Positions 52,478 through 61,699 of a stretch of 64,000 nt of DNA are shown piece after piece. The notes below the pieces were generated by a model, which was given only the letters and a program-made list of their open reading frames with translations, did no database searches and was not told where the DNA came from. Source of the stretch: Bacteroidaceae bacterium (GTDB taxonomy: Bacteria; Bacteroidota; Bacteroidia; Bacteroidales; Barnesiellaceae_A); contig JAFXJY010000034.1 in the NCBI GenBank assembly GCA_017531985.1, forward strand, positions 1,214 through 65,213. Reading direction: 5' to 3'. How positions within the stretch are numbered: position 1 is the first letter of the stretch; the number at the start of each line of letters is the position of its first letter. A program made the position numbers and the translations under genes.

Positions 52478-55400
52478 ATGAGTAAAGAAAAAAAATTTTT
52501 GACATGTGATGGTAATCAAGCTGCTGCACATATCTCGTATATGTTCTCAGAAGTAGCAGCCATCTACCCCATCACACCCTCGTCGACCATGGCAGAGTAT
52601 GTTGACGAATGGGCTGCAGCAGGACGTAAAAACATCTTTGGCGAGACAGTCCTTGTACAAGAAATGCAATCGGAAGGTGGTGCAGCCGGAGCATTGCACG
52701 GCTCATTGCATGCAGGTGCATTGACCACAACATATACAGCATCGCAAGGTCTGTTACTGATGATTCCCAATATGTACAAAATTGCCGGTGAGATGCTTCC
52801 CTGCGTCTTCCATGTCTCGGCACGCACATTGGCATCGCATGCATTGAGCATCTTCGGCGACCATCAAGATGTGATGGCTTGCCGTCAGACAGGATTTGCC
52901 ATGCTTGCCGAAGGTTCGGTACAAGAAGTAATGGACTTGGCAGGTGTTGCACACTTGGCTACCATCGAGTCGCACATTCCATTCTTGAACTTCTTTGATG
53001 GTTTCCGCACCTCGCACGAAATACAGAAGATAGAGGCCATCGACCAAGAAGACCTCGCTCCCCTTATCGACCAAGAAGGTCTTGCAGCCTTCCGTCGTCG
53101 TGCACTCACTCCCGATGCTCCCATCGCTCGCGGTCTTGCTGAGAATGGCGACGTATTCTTCCAACATCGTGAGTCGAGCAACAAGTTCTACAATGCCGTT
53201 CCCGAGATTGTAGAGAAATACATGAATGAGATATACAAGATTACAGGTCGCAAGTATGGCTTGTTTGATTACTATGGTGCCGAAGATGCCGAACGAGTAA
53301 TCATCGCCATGGGTTCGGGTACAGAAGCTATCCGCGAGGCTGTTGACCACCTCGTTGCCTTGGGCGAGAAAGTGGGTCTTGTGGCTGTTCACTTGTATCG
53401 TCCTTTCTCGGCCAAACACTTCTTGGCAGCCGTACCCGCTACTACCAAGCGTATCGCTGTACTCGACCGCACCAAAGAACCCGGAGCCAATGCCGAGCCT
53501 CTCTACCTCGATGTTAAAGAATGCTTCTACGGCAAGGAGAATGCCCCGCTTATCGTAGGCGGTCGCTACGGATTGGCATCGAAGGACACTACTCCCGCTC
53601 AGATTCTCTCGGTATACGAAAATCTCGCTTTGCCACAACCCAAAGACCACTTTACACTGGGTATCGTAGATGATGTAACCTTCACATCACTCCCCTTGAA
53701 AGAGGAGATTGCTCTCGGTGGTGAAGGTATGTACGAAGCCAAGTTCTATGGTCTTGGTGCCGATGGTACTGTGGGTGCCAACAAGAACTCAATCAAGATT
53801 ATCGGTGATAACACCAACAAATATTGCCAAGCATACTTTGCCTACGACTCGAAGAAGTCGGGAGGTTTCACTTGCTCACACCTTCGTTTCGGCGACAGCC
53901 CCATCCGTTCGACTTACTTGGTAAACACCCCCAACTTCGTTGCATGTCACGTTCAAGCCTACTTGCACATGTACGATGTTACTCGTGGCTTGCGTGAGAA
54001 CGGTACATTCCTGCTCAACACCGTGTGGAGCGGTGAAGAACTTGCCAAGCATCTGCCCAACAAAGTAAAACGCTACTTTGCCGAGAAGAACATCACCGTA
54101 TACTACATCAACGCTACACAGATAGCACAAGAAATAGGATTGGGCAACCGCACCAACACAATCTTGCAGTCGGCCTTCTTCCGCATCACTGAGGTTATAC
54201 CCGTCGACTTAGCCATTGAGCAAATGAAGAAATTCATCGTTAAATCATACGGCAAGAAGGGTGAAGATGTAGTTAACAAGAACTACGCTGCTGTTGACCG
54301 TGGTGGTGAATACCAACAACTCACAATCGACCCTGCATGGGCTACACTTGCCGATGATGCAGCCACAGAAAACAACGATCCGGCCTTCATCAACAAGGTG
54401 GTACGTCCTATCAACGCACAAGATGGCGACTTGCTTAAAGTATCGGACTTTGTAGGTTACGAAGATGGAGCATGGGAAGCCGGTACTGCCAAGTACGAAA
54501 AACGCGGTGTAGCTGCCTTCGTTCCCACATGGAATGCCGCCAACTGTATACAATGTAACAAATGCTCGTTCGTGTGTCCTCATGCTTGTATACGTCCTTT
54601 TGTTCTTGACGAACAAGAAATGGCCGGTGCCAACTTCGAAACACTCGAAATGAAAGTACCTGCAACCATGAAAGGTATGAACTTCCGCATACAAGTGAGC
54701 GTTCTCGACTGTCTTGGCTGTGGTAACTGTGCCGATGTTTGCCCCGGAAACAAAGAGGGTAAAGCTCTTACTATGGTACCCCTTGAAGGCGAACTTCCCC
54801 AAGCTGCCAACTGGGATTACTGCGTGAAGAACGTAAAGAGCAAACAATCGCTCGTCGATGTCAAGAGCAATCCCAAAAACTCACAATTTGCCACTCCGCT
54901 GTTTGAGTTCTCGGGTGCATGTTCGGGTTGCGGTGAGACTCCTTATGTCAAACTTCTCACACAACTCTATGGCGAACGCGAGATGGTTGCCAACGCAACA
55001 GGTTGCTCGTCGATCTACTCAGGTTCAGTACCTTCAACACCCTATACAGCCAATGAGAATGGTCGTGGACCGGCATGGGGTAACTCACTCTTTGAGGACT
55101 TCTGCGAGTATGGCTTGGGTATGACACTGGCCAATGACAAGATGCGTGCCCGCCTTATTGAAGCTATGGAGGCCGGCTTGAAATGTGACTGCTGCACCGA
55201 CGAGATGAAGGCACTCTTTGCCGAATGGCTCGAAAAACGTGAAGACGGTGAAGCTACACTTGTCCTTGCCGAGAAAATCAAAGCTATCGTTGCCACTTGC
55301 GATTGCGACTGCTGCAAGAAGATTGCATCATTGAGCAGCTTCCTCGTTAAACGCAGCCAATGGATTATAGGTGGTGACGGTGCCTCTTACGACATCGGTT

Positions 55401-56017
55401 ACGGTGGTCTCGACCATGTTATCGCATCGGGCAAAGATATCAACATCCTCGTTCTCGACACCGAGGTATATTCCAATACAGGTGGACAATCGTCTAAGTC
55501 AACACCCATCGGTGCTATTGCCAAGTTTGCCGCTGCCGGTAAACGTATTCGCAAGAAAGACTTGGGTATGATTGCTACAACCTACGGATATGTATATGTA
55601 GCCCAGATAGCGATGGGTGCCGACCAAGCTCAGACCTTGAAGGCCATCCGCGAGGCTGAGGCTTATCCCGGACCTTCGTTGGTAATTGCTTACGCTCCCT
55701 GTATCAACCACGGATTGAAGAAAGGTATGGGCAAGTCACAAGCCGAAGAGGCAGCTGCCGTAGAATGCGGATACTGGCACTTGTGGCGTTACAACCCCGC
55801 ACTTGAAGCCGAAGGCAAAAACCCCTTCACTCTCGACTCGAAAGAACCTCAATGGGATAAATTTGAAGATTACCTCAAAGGCGAAGTACGCTTTGCATCG
55901 GTAATGAAGCAATATCCCGAAGAGGCTGCTCAACTCTTCGCTGCCGCCAAAGAAAATGCTCAATGGCGTTACAAGAGCTACTTGCGTCAAGCAAAACAAA
56001 ATTGGGGCGAAGAATAA
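52478..56017 (+). CDS. nifJ: pyruvate:ferredoxin (flavodoxin) oxidoreductase
   Basis: YPITPS, EMQSEGGAAG, two CxxCxxCxxxCP ferredoxin motifs, GACSGCGE, GGDGASYDIG. Confidence 0.98.
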   Translation: MSKEKKFLTCDGNQAAAHISYMFSEVAAIYPITPSSTMAEYVDEWAAAGRKNIFGETVLVQEMQSEGGAAGALHGSLHAGALTTTYTASQGLLLMIPNMYKIAGEMLPCVFHVSARTLASHALSIFGDHQDVMACRQTGFAMLAEGSVQEVMDLAGVAHLATIESHIPFLNFFDGFRTSHEIQKIEAIDQEDLAPLIDQEGLAAFRRRALTPDAPIARGLAENGDVFFQHRESSNKFYNAVPEIVEKYMNEIYKITGRKYGLFDYYGAEDAERVIIAMGSGTEAIREAVDHLVALGEKVGLVAVHLYRPFSAKHFLAAVPATTKRIAVLDRTKEPGANAEPLYLDVKECFYGKENAPLIVGGRYGLASKDTTPAQILSVYENLALPQPKDHFTLGIVDDVTFTSLPLKEEIALGGEGMYEAKFYGLGADGTVGANKNSIKIIGDNTNKYCQAYFAYDSKKSGGFTCSHLRFGDSPIRSTYLVNTPNFVACHVQAYLHMYDVTRGLRENGTFLLNTVWSGEELAKHLPNKVKRYFAEKNITVYYINATQIAQEIGLGNRTNTILQSAFFRITEVIPVDLAIEQMKKFIVKSYGKKGEDVVNKNYAAVDRGGEYQQLTIDPAWATLADDAATENNDPAFINKVVRPINAQDGDLLKVSDFVGYEDGAWEAGTAKYEKRGVAAFVPTWNAANCIQCNKCSFVCPHACIRPFVLDEQEMAGANFETLEMKVPATMKGMNFRIQVSVLDCLGCGNCADVCPGNKEGKALTMVPLEGELPQAANWDYCVKNVKSKQSLVDVKSNPKNSQFATPLFEFSGACSGCGETPYVKLLTQLYGEREMVANATGCSSIYSGSVPSTPYTANENGRGPAWGNSLFEDFCEYGLGMTLANDKMRARLIEAMEAGLKCDCCTDEMKALFAEWLEKREDGEATLVLAEKIKAIVATCDCDCCKKIASLSSFLVKRSQWIIGGDGASYDIGYGGLDHVIASGKDINILVLDTEVYSNTGGQSSKSTPIGAIAKFAAAGKRIRKKDLGMIATTYGYVYVAQIAMGADQAQTLKAIREAEAYPGPSLVIAYAPCINHGLKKGMGKSQAEEAAAVECGYWHLWRYNPALEAEGKNPFTLDSKEPQWDKFEDYLKGEVRFASVMKQYPEEAAQLFAAAKENAQWRYKSYLRQAKQNWGEE

Positions 56018-56075
56018 TAGAGTGACAACACAATTGAATGATAAAGCCTGATTGTCAATAGGCTCTCTTTACTAT

Positions 56076-56115
56076 ATCGAGGTGCATCTTACAACGAGTT
56101 GCACCTCGATTTTTT
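56076..56115 (+). terminator. nifJ terminator
   Basis: ATCGAGGTGCA...TGCACCTCGAT followed by a T-tract. Confidence 0.8.
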
Positions 56116-56250
56116 CATAGTATTTTTTTCACCTGAATACCTTTTGCACTTCTTATTGGAGTTTTTACTTTCGCTCGCTGCGAAAAATATTCAAGCAAGC
56201 ATGATATTTCTCGCTTGCTTATTTGTATCTTTGCACATTGTACGAAAGAC

Positions 56251-57375
56251 ATGAGCCACACTATTGATAAAAGATTTCAGACCCAATGCCTCGACTTGCT
56301 ACGGTTTCCGCTGGCTGTCATTATTCTCTACATCCACATATTCAATAACGCCTCGGCTATTGCTACGGATGAACTGACTTCGGGAGGCGAGTTTCTGCAC
56401 TTTGTCGACAGCATTATAAAAGCATTTCTCAGCGGACAGAGTGTACCCATATACTTCTTTATATCGGGCTATGTATTCTTTTGGGGAGGGAAATTGGATG
56501 TCAATATCTACCTTCGCAAACTCCGCAATCGCATTCACTCACTGTTCATTCCTTACATTGTGTGGAATACGGTAGCATTGCTCACGATTTTGTTCTTCAT
56601 GTTACCCTGGTTTGCATCGGTCAATCCTCTTGAACAAGAGCCACACTTCACGCTTAGCTCTCTACTTAATACATATTGGAACAGCGAGAAAGGTGTATTT
56701 GCGACACCCGAGTTAACCGGACATATCTTTCCGCAAAACCAAGCGATGTGGTTCTTACGAGACCTGATGGTGCTGGCACTACTCAGTCCTATCATATATT
56801 TTACCATAAAACATGGAAAGATATATTCAATCATAACATTTGCCATACTATGGTTGCTCACCGACTATTACTCTTTCCACGACTTCTACTTTCCATTCCA
56901 AGGTTTGTTCTTTTTCTCTTGGGGTAGCTATATGAGTATTAATCAACGTGACTTGATAGCCGACATGGGACGTGTTAAAGTACCCGGTTTCATGCTCTAT
57001 ATTCTTCTATCCATCGCACACATTGTTCTTCAACCACACTCCCCTGAGGCTACAACCATCATCAAGGCTTGCAATATGTGGGTAGGTGTTATTGTAGCAT
57101 TCAACACTGCTGCAATACTGCTCAATAGTGGGAAATGCCGAGTCAATCGGTTTCTTGCCTCATCAGCCATATTCATATATCTTGCACAAACGATGTGTGC
57201 CAAATACATTTTCAAAGCTCTTATGATACTTACCGGCACAGATAGCGGCTACATCGTCGTTCTCATTACCATTGTAACACTACTCCTTTCATTGGGCTTA
57301 CTATTGTGCCTATACCATGTCATGCGGCGATATACCCCCTCGTTGCTCTACATCATGATAGGCCGCAAAGAGTGA
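56251..57375 (+). CDS. acyltransferase-3 (OafA-like) membrane protein
   Basis: LDLLRFPLAVIILYIH, VPIYFFISGY, SLFIPYIVWN, MWFLRDL. Confidence 0.9.
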   Translation: MSHTIDKRFQTQCLDLLRFPLAVIILYIHIFNNASAIATDELTSGGEFLHFVDSIIKAFLSGQSVPIYFFISGYVFFWGGKLDVNIYLRKLRNRIHSLFIPYIVWNTVALLTILFFMLPWFASVNPLEQEPHFTLSSLLNTYWNSEKGVFATPELTGHIFPQNQAMWFLRDLMVLALLSPIIYFTIKHGKIYSIITFAILWLLTDYYSFHDFYFPFQGLFFFSWGSYMSINQRDLIADMGRVKVPGFMLYILLSIAHIVLQPHSPEATTIIKACNMWVGVIVAFNTAAILLNSGKCRVNRFLASSAIFIYLAQTMCAKYIFKALMILTGTDSGYIVVLITIVTLLLSLGLLLCLYHVMRRYTPSLLYIMIGRKE

Positions 57376-57511
57376 ACCAATCGTGCAAACGAGGTGTTCG
57401 TACTATGAAAGTTTATATCTCACAGACCTATCATATTGGGATGATAGCGATAGAATGAAATTTTATAATAAGTATGAGGGCTTATCTCAAACCTTTCATT
57501 ATCTTTGCGAT

Positions 57512-59581
57512 ATGGAACTGACTCAAAACATTATTGCCCTACTCAACGGATGGGTAGTGCTACCAACTGGCAAAGAAGAAAATGGACTGGCTGCAACAAT
57601 ACAATATGAATTAATGCAAGCCGGATATATGCTCAATGAAGAAGCTTATCGGATGGTTGAACACGCTCCTTACGATGACGCTGTAACCTTTCACCGAGAG
57701 GTGATAGGTTATCTACGTTACATGTTGGGGGATTTGGGCAATTTCAAACCATTCTACGAAGGCTTTCCACAGCAAGTCATGGAGTTGAGTCACGCCGACT
57801 TGTTTATCAATCAACTTATCTATTATTGGAGCAATGGTCATTTCATACCCGAAGGATGGAAAGGCGAACGTCCTACTGCGATGGAACATCCGCAATATAA
57901 CATGCTCCGAGCAGCCGACATCAAGGACTTTGAGGCAATATTTACAACACTATGTGCAGCCAATCAATCTCTGACCCAACAGAGTCGCGACACAATATTG
58001 TGGTTTGTACGCCAATATCCCGATGTAGTACGGTTACTACCCGAAGTCATTCCATTCAAGGAGACATTGTGCATGCTTGCTGCCGAAAACATGCCAGTCC
58101 AACTGGCAACAGCTACCGATGTTTTACGACTGGCAGTATATATGTCGGGAGGTGACATATCACTCCCCCCCGTGCCACCAACACACATTACTATCATGGC
58201 CGATGGCACACCTCACCGATATCTCAACAAAGCCTCACTGGCATTCCGATTCAAGAAATTCACACGTCGTGAACGACGTATGCTGCTCGACCATTTGGAA
58301 CAATCGTCGTGCGATGCATCAGAAATGGTATTGCGTGCCGAGCGTTGGAAACGATTGGGCGAGATACTACATGTTGGCGATTATGCCCGCCGCTATCCTC
58401 GCAGTGCCGAGGCATTCTGTGCAGTTCGCAACTATGCTCGCAGTTGGTATGCCGAAGTGGATGATTCGGCCGACATCGGTCAACGCATAGCCATCCTCTC
58501 ACAACGCCCCGGCGAGTATATGCGTCGCATCGACCACTTGCTACGCATGGCTCAGAATGACAATGAGCGAGAGAGTATCCTTGCCACATTTACACACCTA
58601 TTACCTCGCGTTTCGAGCAAGGTGCTGTACGAACTATACAACCACTTCCTTCGTCGCACCGATGCCGATGCTGCTCGCTCTATCATAATCAAGGGCAAAC
58701 AGGCTCCTGTATTTCTTGAAAAGTTGACTCCCATGGCGACTTCGTTAGCCAATCGCATCAACGATAGCATTGTTGATGAACTGAAACGACGCTTCGCCAA
58801 GTCCGAACCACTGGGTAAAGTGTTCATTGATGAACAGTTGAAGAATGTTCCGGCTCCATTGCAAATGCGTGGACTCAACCCATCGTTGAAGACTCGTGTC
58901 AGAGGCACTCGCATTCCATTCGACAATCCCGATGCTCGTGTTGTACGTTTCTACCTTCACTGGGTAGATAAAGATGGATATGAAGACCTTGACCTTTTTG
59001 CCACGTTTGTGAGCGAAGATAGTACCGAAACAATATCATGGGCAACAGGACTGAAAAGCGATTGTGCCGTACACTCGGGCGATGTACGCCATCACAAAGG
59101 CGATTGTGCCGAATACATCGATGTTGTCATGGACGAGGCTCGCAAGCACTATCGTTACGTCATTGTGTCAGCCAGCAATTTCGAACGTCGTCCCATGAAC
59201 AGTCTCGACGCGGCTTTTGGCTACATGGAGCGAGAACACCCCGAGTCAAACCCTACATGGATACCTGCTACGGCTGTCAACAGTTTCCGTTTCTCATCCT
59301 TGTCCAATGGGGTTCACATGGTGATTGTCGACCTACATAAGAACGAGTACATCGTTCTCGATATAGATAGTGGCAGTGCCTTACCATTCAATCATGTACC
59401 ACTCTTACTCGATGTTATTCATCTCTACACCGAGACCCCCACTCTCGATATGTACACGTTATTGTCGTGGCACGCCGAAAGTCGCGGACAACGGGTAGAA
59501 TCGCCGGAGGATGCCGATATTATCATGGATTTTGAAAATTTTTCGACACAATATACCGAATGTTTAAAATATATGATATAA
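57512..59581 (+). CDS. alpha-helical TROVE-like repeat protein with C-terminal TerD domain
   Basis: PFYEGFPQQVME, ATDVLRLAVYMSGGD, RPGEYMRRIDHLLR; TerD-like FYLHW, DLDLFA, HSGDV, AEYIDV; start set after TATCTTTG at 57500. Confidence 0.75.
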   Translation: MELTQNIIALLNGWVVLPTGKEENGLAATIQYELMQAGYMLNEEAYRMVEHAPYDDAVTFHREVIGYLRYMLGDLGNFKPFYEGFPQQVMELSHADLFINQLIYYWSNGHFIPEGWKGERPTAMEHPQYNMLRAADIKDFEAIFTTLCAANQSLTQQSRDTILWFVRQYPDVVRLLPEVIPFKETLCMLAAENMPVQLATATDVLRLAVYMSGGDISLPPVPPTHITIMADGTPHRYLNKASLAFRFKKFTRRERRMLLDHLEQSSCDASEMVLRAERWKRLGEILHVGDYARRYPRSAEAFCAVRNYARSWYAEVDDSADIGQRIAILSQRPGEYMRRIDHLLRMAQNDNERESILATFTHLLPRVSSKVLYELYNHFLRRTDADAARSIIIKGKQAPVFLEKLTPMATSLANRINDSIVDELKRRFAKSEPLGKVFIDEQLKNVPAPLQMRGLNPSLKTRVRGTRIPFDNPDARVVRFYLHWVDKDGYEDLDLFATFVSEDSTETISWATGLKSDCAVHSGDVRHHKGDCAEYIDVVMDEARKHYRYVIVSASNFERRPMNSLDAAFGYMEREHPESNPTWIPATAVNSFRFSSLSNGVHMVIVDLHKNEYIVLDIDSGSALPFNHVPLLLDVIHLYTETPTLDMYTLLSWHAESRGQRVESPEDADIIMDFENFSTQYTECLKYMI

Positions 59582-59591
59582 ATTTGCAACA

Positions 59592-59713
59592 TCAATAAGA
59601 CTACAACAACAACCATCGTTGCGTTGTTACCATATAAGCAGGCTATCGGTTGAGGTTACTTCTATAGTTTTTTCAGAAAACGTATTTCACCTCCCGGCTC
59701 ACCTGCTTTTTTT
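59592..59713 (+). ncRNA. candidate structured ncRNA linked to the TROVE-like/TerD gene
   Basis: TAAATTTG -7 box at 59579-86; nested stems AAGCAGG/CCTGCTT, CGG-tt-GAGGT/ACCTC-CCG, GTTTT/AAAAC; ends in T7. Confidence 0.55.
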
Positions 59714-59840
59714 ATATCCTATCGACTGCATAGAGTGATGAGAAAATATATCGATGAATATATTTCCTCGGGCTAAACATCGGTGTGGATGAGATTTCTT
59801 TGCCCCCAACCAATATACCCCTTACACTCTCGTGGCATAC

Positions 59841-60359
59841 TTACTCCACGACTACATCATATCGAACGATGTCATACTTTACTTCATAGGGTATACCCGT
59901 GGCACGGGTAGGTGGGGTACTGTGATGATAGTAATTCTTCCCTTTGTCGAAACTCTTGATACTTACCATACGAGTCATACCGGGTCTGATATCACACTCA
60001 ACAAGTTCTTCTCGGTTGTGGAATGTGATACCATCTTCGGTGGTGGTATACACCAATTTTATCAGTACCCTCGATATATGATAGTTGGCAGTATTGTTAC
60101 GCAATATAAAACTCTCATGTTCGTCATTACGGTGCTTACTATAACCCATCATCGATACAGCCATAGGCGTGAAAGGCACATCGGGTGTGAGCAATGTATC
60201 GACCACTTGATGCATACCCATCGCAACTTGCTGTGTTGCAGAACGGGAGGCATTACGCTGCCACTCGGCAGTCACACTGCGATTACGACCGGCAATATTA
60301 CTCTGCCCCGACATGCACAATGGCAATATGACCAGTATATAAGTCAGCAATTTTTTCAT
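59841..60359 (-). CDS. hypothetical exported protein
   Basis: Signal-like N-terminus, beta-rich body, co-oriented with the nitroreductase gene. Confidence 0.75.
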   Translation of the reverse strand: MKKLLTYILVILPLCMSGQSNIAGRNRSVTAEWQRNASRSATQQVAMGMHQVVDTLLTPDVPFTPMAVSMMGYSKHRNDEHESFILRNNTANYHISRVLIKLVYTTTEDGITFHNREELVECDIRPGMTRMVSIKSFDKGKNYYHHSTPPTRATGIPYEVKYDIVRYDVVVE

Positions 60360-60371
60360 GACAAATGGTCG

Positions 60372-60917
60372 TCAATATTGATTATACCCCACAACTTTAT
60401 CGTCATCCTTGCGTTTTTTGTCGCGTAATGGCTGTGTGGAATATCCTATAACGATGTCGAGTAGGATGCGTTTGCGTGCCGGTATATCCAACAAGGTACG
60501 CAACTTTTTCTCATCAAACCAGCCTAAGATGCACGAGCCAAGTCCTTCATCGGCAGCGGCCAAAGTTATATGTGCTGCCACAATGCCGATGTCGATATAC
60601 GGGAAATGCTTGTCCTTTACCACTGCTCCAATACCCGAGGTAAGATTGGGATTTTCCTCCACAATAACCATATGCACAGGAGCTTGCTTGGTAAAGTGAT
60701 TCATACCCAACACTTTCGACGATGTTGTATCAGCCACCTTATTCTTCAACTCGGGGTCATCTACTACAATTATCCTATAAGGCTGTGCATTACATGCCGA
60801 AGGAGCCAACTGAGCAGCAGCAAGAATACGCTCTATTTTCTCCTTTTCAACCGGACGTGTTGCATCGAAAGCTCGGTCGCTCTGGCGACTGCGAGCCAAG
60901 TCAAGAAATGTTTTCAT
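60372..60917 (-). CDS. nitroreductase family protein
   Basis: RQSDRAF, LAPSACNAQP, GLGSCILGWF. Confidence 0.93.
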   Translation of the reverse strand: MKTFLDLARSRQSDRAFDATRPVEKEKIERILAAAQLAPSACNAQPYRIIVVDDPELKNKVADTTSSKVLGMNHFTKQAPVHMVIVEENPNLTSGIGAVVKDKHFPYIDIGIVAAHITLAAADEGLGSCILGWFDEKKLRTLLDIPARKRILLDIVIGYSTQPLRDKKRKDDDKVVGYNQY

Positions 60918-60928
60918 TGTTCACTATC

Positions 60929-61537
60929 TTATTGCTCGGCAAAGTGCATCATGCGAGAGAGATACTTTCCGATGATATCGAACTCGATGTTTACAACTGT
61001 ACCTTTCTTGATACAGCAGAAGTTGGTATTATCGTGAGTGTAAGGTATGATAGCAACCTGGAAGGTATTGTCGGTGGGATTGCACACAGTAAGACTCACG
61101 CCATTGACCGTTACCGAGCCTTTATCGACAGTAAAATATCCGCGACGAGCCATTTCCTTATCCAACTCATACTCGAAGGTGTAATACCAACTACCATCGG
61201 CCTCCACCACATCACGACACACAGCCGTCTGGTCGACATGTCCCTGCACAATGTGTCCATCAAGACGACCATTCATCACCATGCTACGCTCAAGGTTGAC
61301 CTTGTCGCCCACTTCGAGCAATCCCAGATTGGAGCGTTCGAGGGTCTCTTTGATGGCTGTTACGGTATAGGTATTGTCATCGATACTTACCACTGTAAGA
61401 CACACACCATTGTGCGATACACTCTGGTCTATTTTCAACTCATTGACAAATGAACAACTCAATGTCAAGTGCAAATTGCCTTGGTCATTACGCAATGCTA
61501 CTACGGTAGCCGCTTCTTCTACTATTCCTGAAAACAT
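60929..61537 (-). CDS. ribE: riboflavin synthase (alpha type)
   Basis: MFSGIVE, NGVCLTV, VNLER, GHIVQGHVD, GVSLTV, VNIEFD. Confidence 0.96.
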   Translation of the reverse strand: MFSGIVEEAATVVALRNDQGNLHLTLSCSFVNELKIDQSVSHNGVCLTVVSIDDNTYTVTAIKETLERSNLGLLEVGDKVNLERSMVMNGRLDGHIVQGHVDQTAVCRDVVEADGSWYYTFEYELDKEMARRGYFTVDKGSVTVNGVSLTVCNPTDNTFQVAIIPYTHDNTNFCCIKKGTVVNIEFDIIGKYLSRMMHFAEQ

Positions 61538-61699
61538 AATTTTTTTAGTTTTATCGACGGTAAAGATAGTGATTTTTTATATTTTCACTACCTTTACGGA
61601 GTAAAAGTGCTAAATATTTATCAACAAATGCCTCTTAACAACCACTGATACAAAACTCTAAGGGTATGACAGAGGTTATAATATCAAGTATAGAAGATT

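Noticed and set aside
61538-61699. FMN riboswitch upstream of riboflavin synthase
   Set aside because: AT-rich spacer lacking the conserved RFN motifs
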